Below, piece after piece: positions 61,491-64,000 of a stretch of 64,000 bases of DNA; positions within the stretch are counted from its first letter, which is position 1; every line of letters begins with the position of its first letter. The DNA lies in the NCBI RefSeq assembly GCF_006345805.1, contig NC_042998.1, forward strand, positions 29,946,001-30,010,000. The letters are read 5' to 3'. The position numbers and the translations under genes were made by a program. The notes below the pieces were generated by a model. The model saw only the letters and a list, made by a program, of their open reading frames with translations. It ran no database searches and was not told the origin of the DNA. Source of the stretch: Octopus sinensis. Lineage: Eukaryota.

Positions 61491-62079
61491 GGTTTGATCC
61501 CTCTTAAGAGCTTAAAGAAAAACCAAAGTGTGATCATATATACATACAATGACGCCGTCAACATCAGACGTGGAGGCGAAGGGGACAGTTTACATATCCT
61601 TTTTGTACGTTTCTTCTACACTTATGCTAACCCTTCCAGCTTAAATCAGTTACTGGTTTATTTTGCTAATTATAAATAAGAGAAACACTTGTTTATTTAC
61701 TGACGTGATTCAAACATGCCTTATACCACGTGGAATTTTGCTCAGACGATCATGGTTGAAACAAAATAACACCAGCACCGAGAAAAACAGCACCACAGAA
61801 CCAATAGTTACTCTTCTCAATTTCCTTGGACTCTGCATCTAAAGCAAGATCTACTTCGATGCTAACAGGAAAAAAGTATACACGACTCTTCAAAGGTTTA
61901 AAATGTGACGTTGTTTTTGTTATCTACTCTCCAATCATGGAGCTTTGTATCCTTGTTAAGAACGAGTTCCTTCTTCAGTGGAATGATTACTGAATGTCTC
62001 CTGTGCGATATTTAGCTGCTATTTCTAGGCTATTACTTTCGTTTACTTCCACCTTTACCTCCTCTTCTAAGCAGACACA

Positions 62080-62725
62080 CATCCATATATATATACACAC
62101 ACATATATATATACACATATATATACACATATATACACATATCTTTATACATATATATATACACAATATATATATATATATATACACATAGATATATATA
62201 CATATATATATACATATACATATATATATACACATATATATATATACATATATATACACATATATATATATACATATATATATACACATATATATATATA
62301 CATATATATATACACACATATATATATACACACATATATATATATACACATATATATATATACACATATATATACATACACATATATATACACACACATA
62401 TATATACACACATATACATATATATATATACACACATATATACATATATATACATATATATATATATACACACATATATATACACACATATATACATATA
62501 TATATACACACATATATATACACATATATATACATATATATACACACACATATATATACACATATATATACATATATATACACACACATATATATATATA
62601 TACATATATATACACACATATATATATATCCATACATATACACATATATATATATATATATATATGTATATACATATATATGCACACATATATATATACA
62701 AGCATGCACACACACACACACACAA
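62080..62725. repeat. About 640-bp (AT)n/(AC)n compound microsatellite
   Basis: Visible directly; produces the spurious YI/CV ORFs. Confidence 0.95.
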
Positions 62726-63859
62726 ATACATACAAAAGACGAATTCCGAGATAGAATCAGAGCAGATCCTGGAGCGAAAGGGAAAGTCATCAAGTCCCTG
62801 AGAAAGTCACGGACAACAACGAAAAAAATCTGACTAACAAACCACCGATTGATTGTACAACCAGCACATTAAACAAACGATAGATTAGTTAGTTGGTTAG
62901 TTGTGAAATCAATTGACAAAAAGCAAAGATCTGGAATCGAATCTGTGCGTGTGTTATGATTACTGGTATAATGATTCTTCCAATACATAACTCTGTGTGT
63001 GTGTGTGTGATTAACGAGGGAGACGGAAGATGGAATTTATGAGAATCATTTATTGCCTGCAACAATTGTTTCGACCCATCTAGCATCGATTCCTCTCGGG
63101 TGGGAAGAAATCAATGACAAAGAACAGATACACAATGAAATATATTTACAGTAAAGCGGAAAAAATTATTACATATAACAGTTAGACGATATGGATATAT
63201 AAACCCATACACACATTGTCTAGTACGCGTACACTCGCTTGTACAAACACACACGCACGTACAAACGCATACACACGCGTGGCCTGGCACACATACACAC
63301 GCTCGCACCCGCAAATATGTAGGTGTTATTGAAGTCGGTACCGATTAATGGCCAGAGAGACCATAGATTTGGTGAGGAATCAAACAGGCTGTGTTGCGCT
63401 CCACAGGGACCGGTTCGCATATCTTTATGGCATTTGTTACAGTCATAAATACCGGCGTAAAGATTGGGGTACACTAAGGCGTACTCGCACGCACATATTC
63501 ACACAGTCCAGCGCATATAGCTATATGTGTACGCTGGACTGTGCTGAATATGTATACGTAAGCACACAGATTCACAGTCCTGCGTATATATCTTATATGT
63601 ATACATAGGCACATTTACATACGTCTAGAGGCGAATATTCGTGTGTTAATACGCACACACATATACACTTAAACATCGTTGTACATAGATACTCCCACAT
63701 CTATATAAAAGTGTATAAGAATAGGCTCGTACATAGTTACAGTTGTACGCGGATAGGCAGCCATATAAGTACACTGATAAATCGGACATACAGACACACA
63801 TGTATGTTATGTATCAGAAGACATGGCTAGTAATACTACACAATATAATAATGCTTTCT

Positions 63860-64000
63860 ACAGTAAGCACAATGCCTGAAACTTTAGGGGAGGGGACCAG
63901 TCGATTTGACAAGCCCCAGTACGTAACGGGTACTTAATCTATCAACCCCGAAAACATGAAAGGTAAAGTAGACCTCGGCGGAATTTGAACTCGGGACGAA
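63860..64000 (-). mobile_element. SINE B, cut by the window end
   Basis: Tail 2 and body motifs. Confidence 0.8.

Noticed and set aside
61955-61990. CTGAAGA followed by hairpin aggaac/gttctt on the minus strand
   Set aside because: No GAAA after stem II and no stems I or III.
61987-62793. Long Tyr-Ile-Cys-Val ORFs
   Set aside because: Translations of an AT/AC microsatellite.

Overview
AT-rich eukaryotic DNA dominated by repeats. The SINE, microsatellite and TE repertoire looks like an octopus (coleoid cephalopod) genome; this is inferred from repeat style. No host protein-coding gene can be called with confidence, so the window reads as a large intron or intergenic tract. It holds about 40 tRNA-derived SINE copies from several modular families, decayed CR1, RTE-like and RLE LINE fragments, Tc1/mariner remnants, several MITE/foldback elements and long (TG)n/(AT)n arrays. 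Highlights: (1) Penelope-like (PLE) material carrying several different minimal type I hammerhead ribozyme (HHR) folds. One is a young 1.1-kb foldback around an uninterrupted GIY-YIG frame whose HHR has a compensatory U3:A8 core; another is a 245-bp non-coding foldback with an HHR in its loop. (2) Two cases of SINE-adjacent unique DNA copied 15-20 kb away into another SINE. (3) SINE head/tail swapping and body concatemers. (4) A mariner at the exact junction of a TA-bounded duplication. (5) A 28-bp inversion at a CR1 insertion site. All alignments, identities and folds were made by eye, and many coordinates are approximate.
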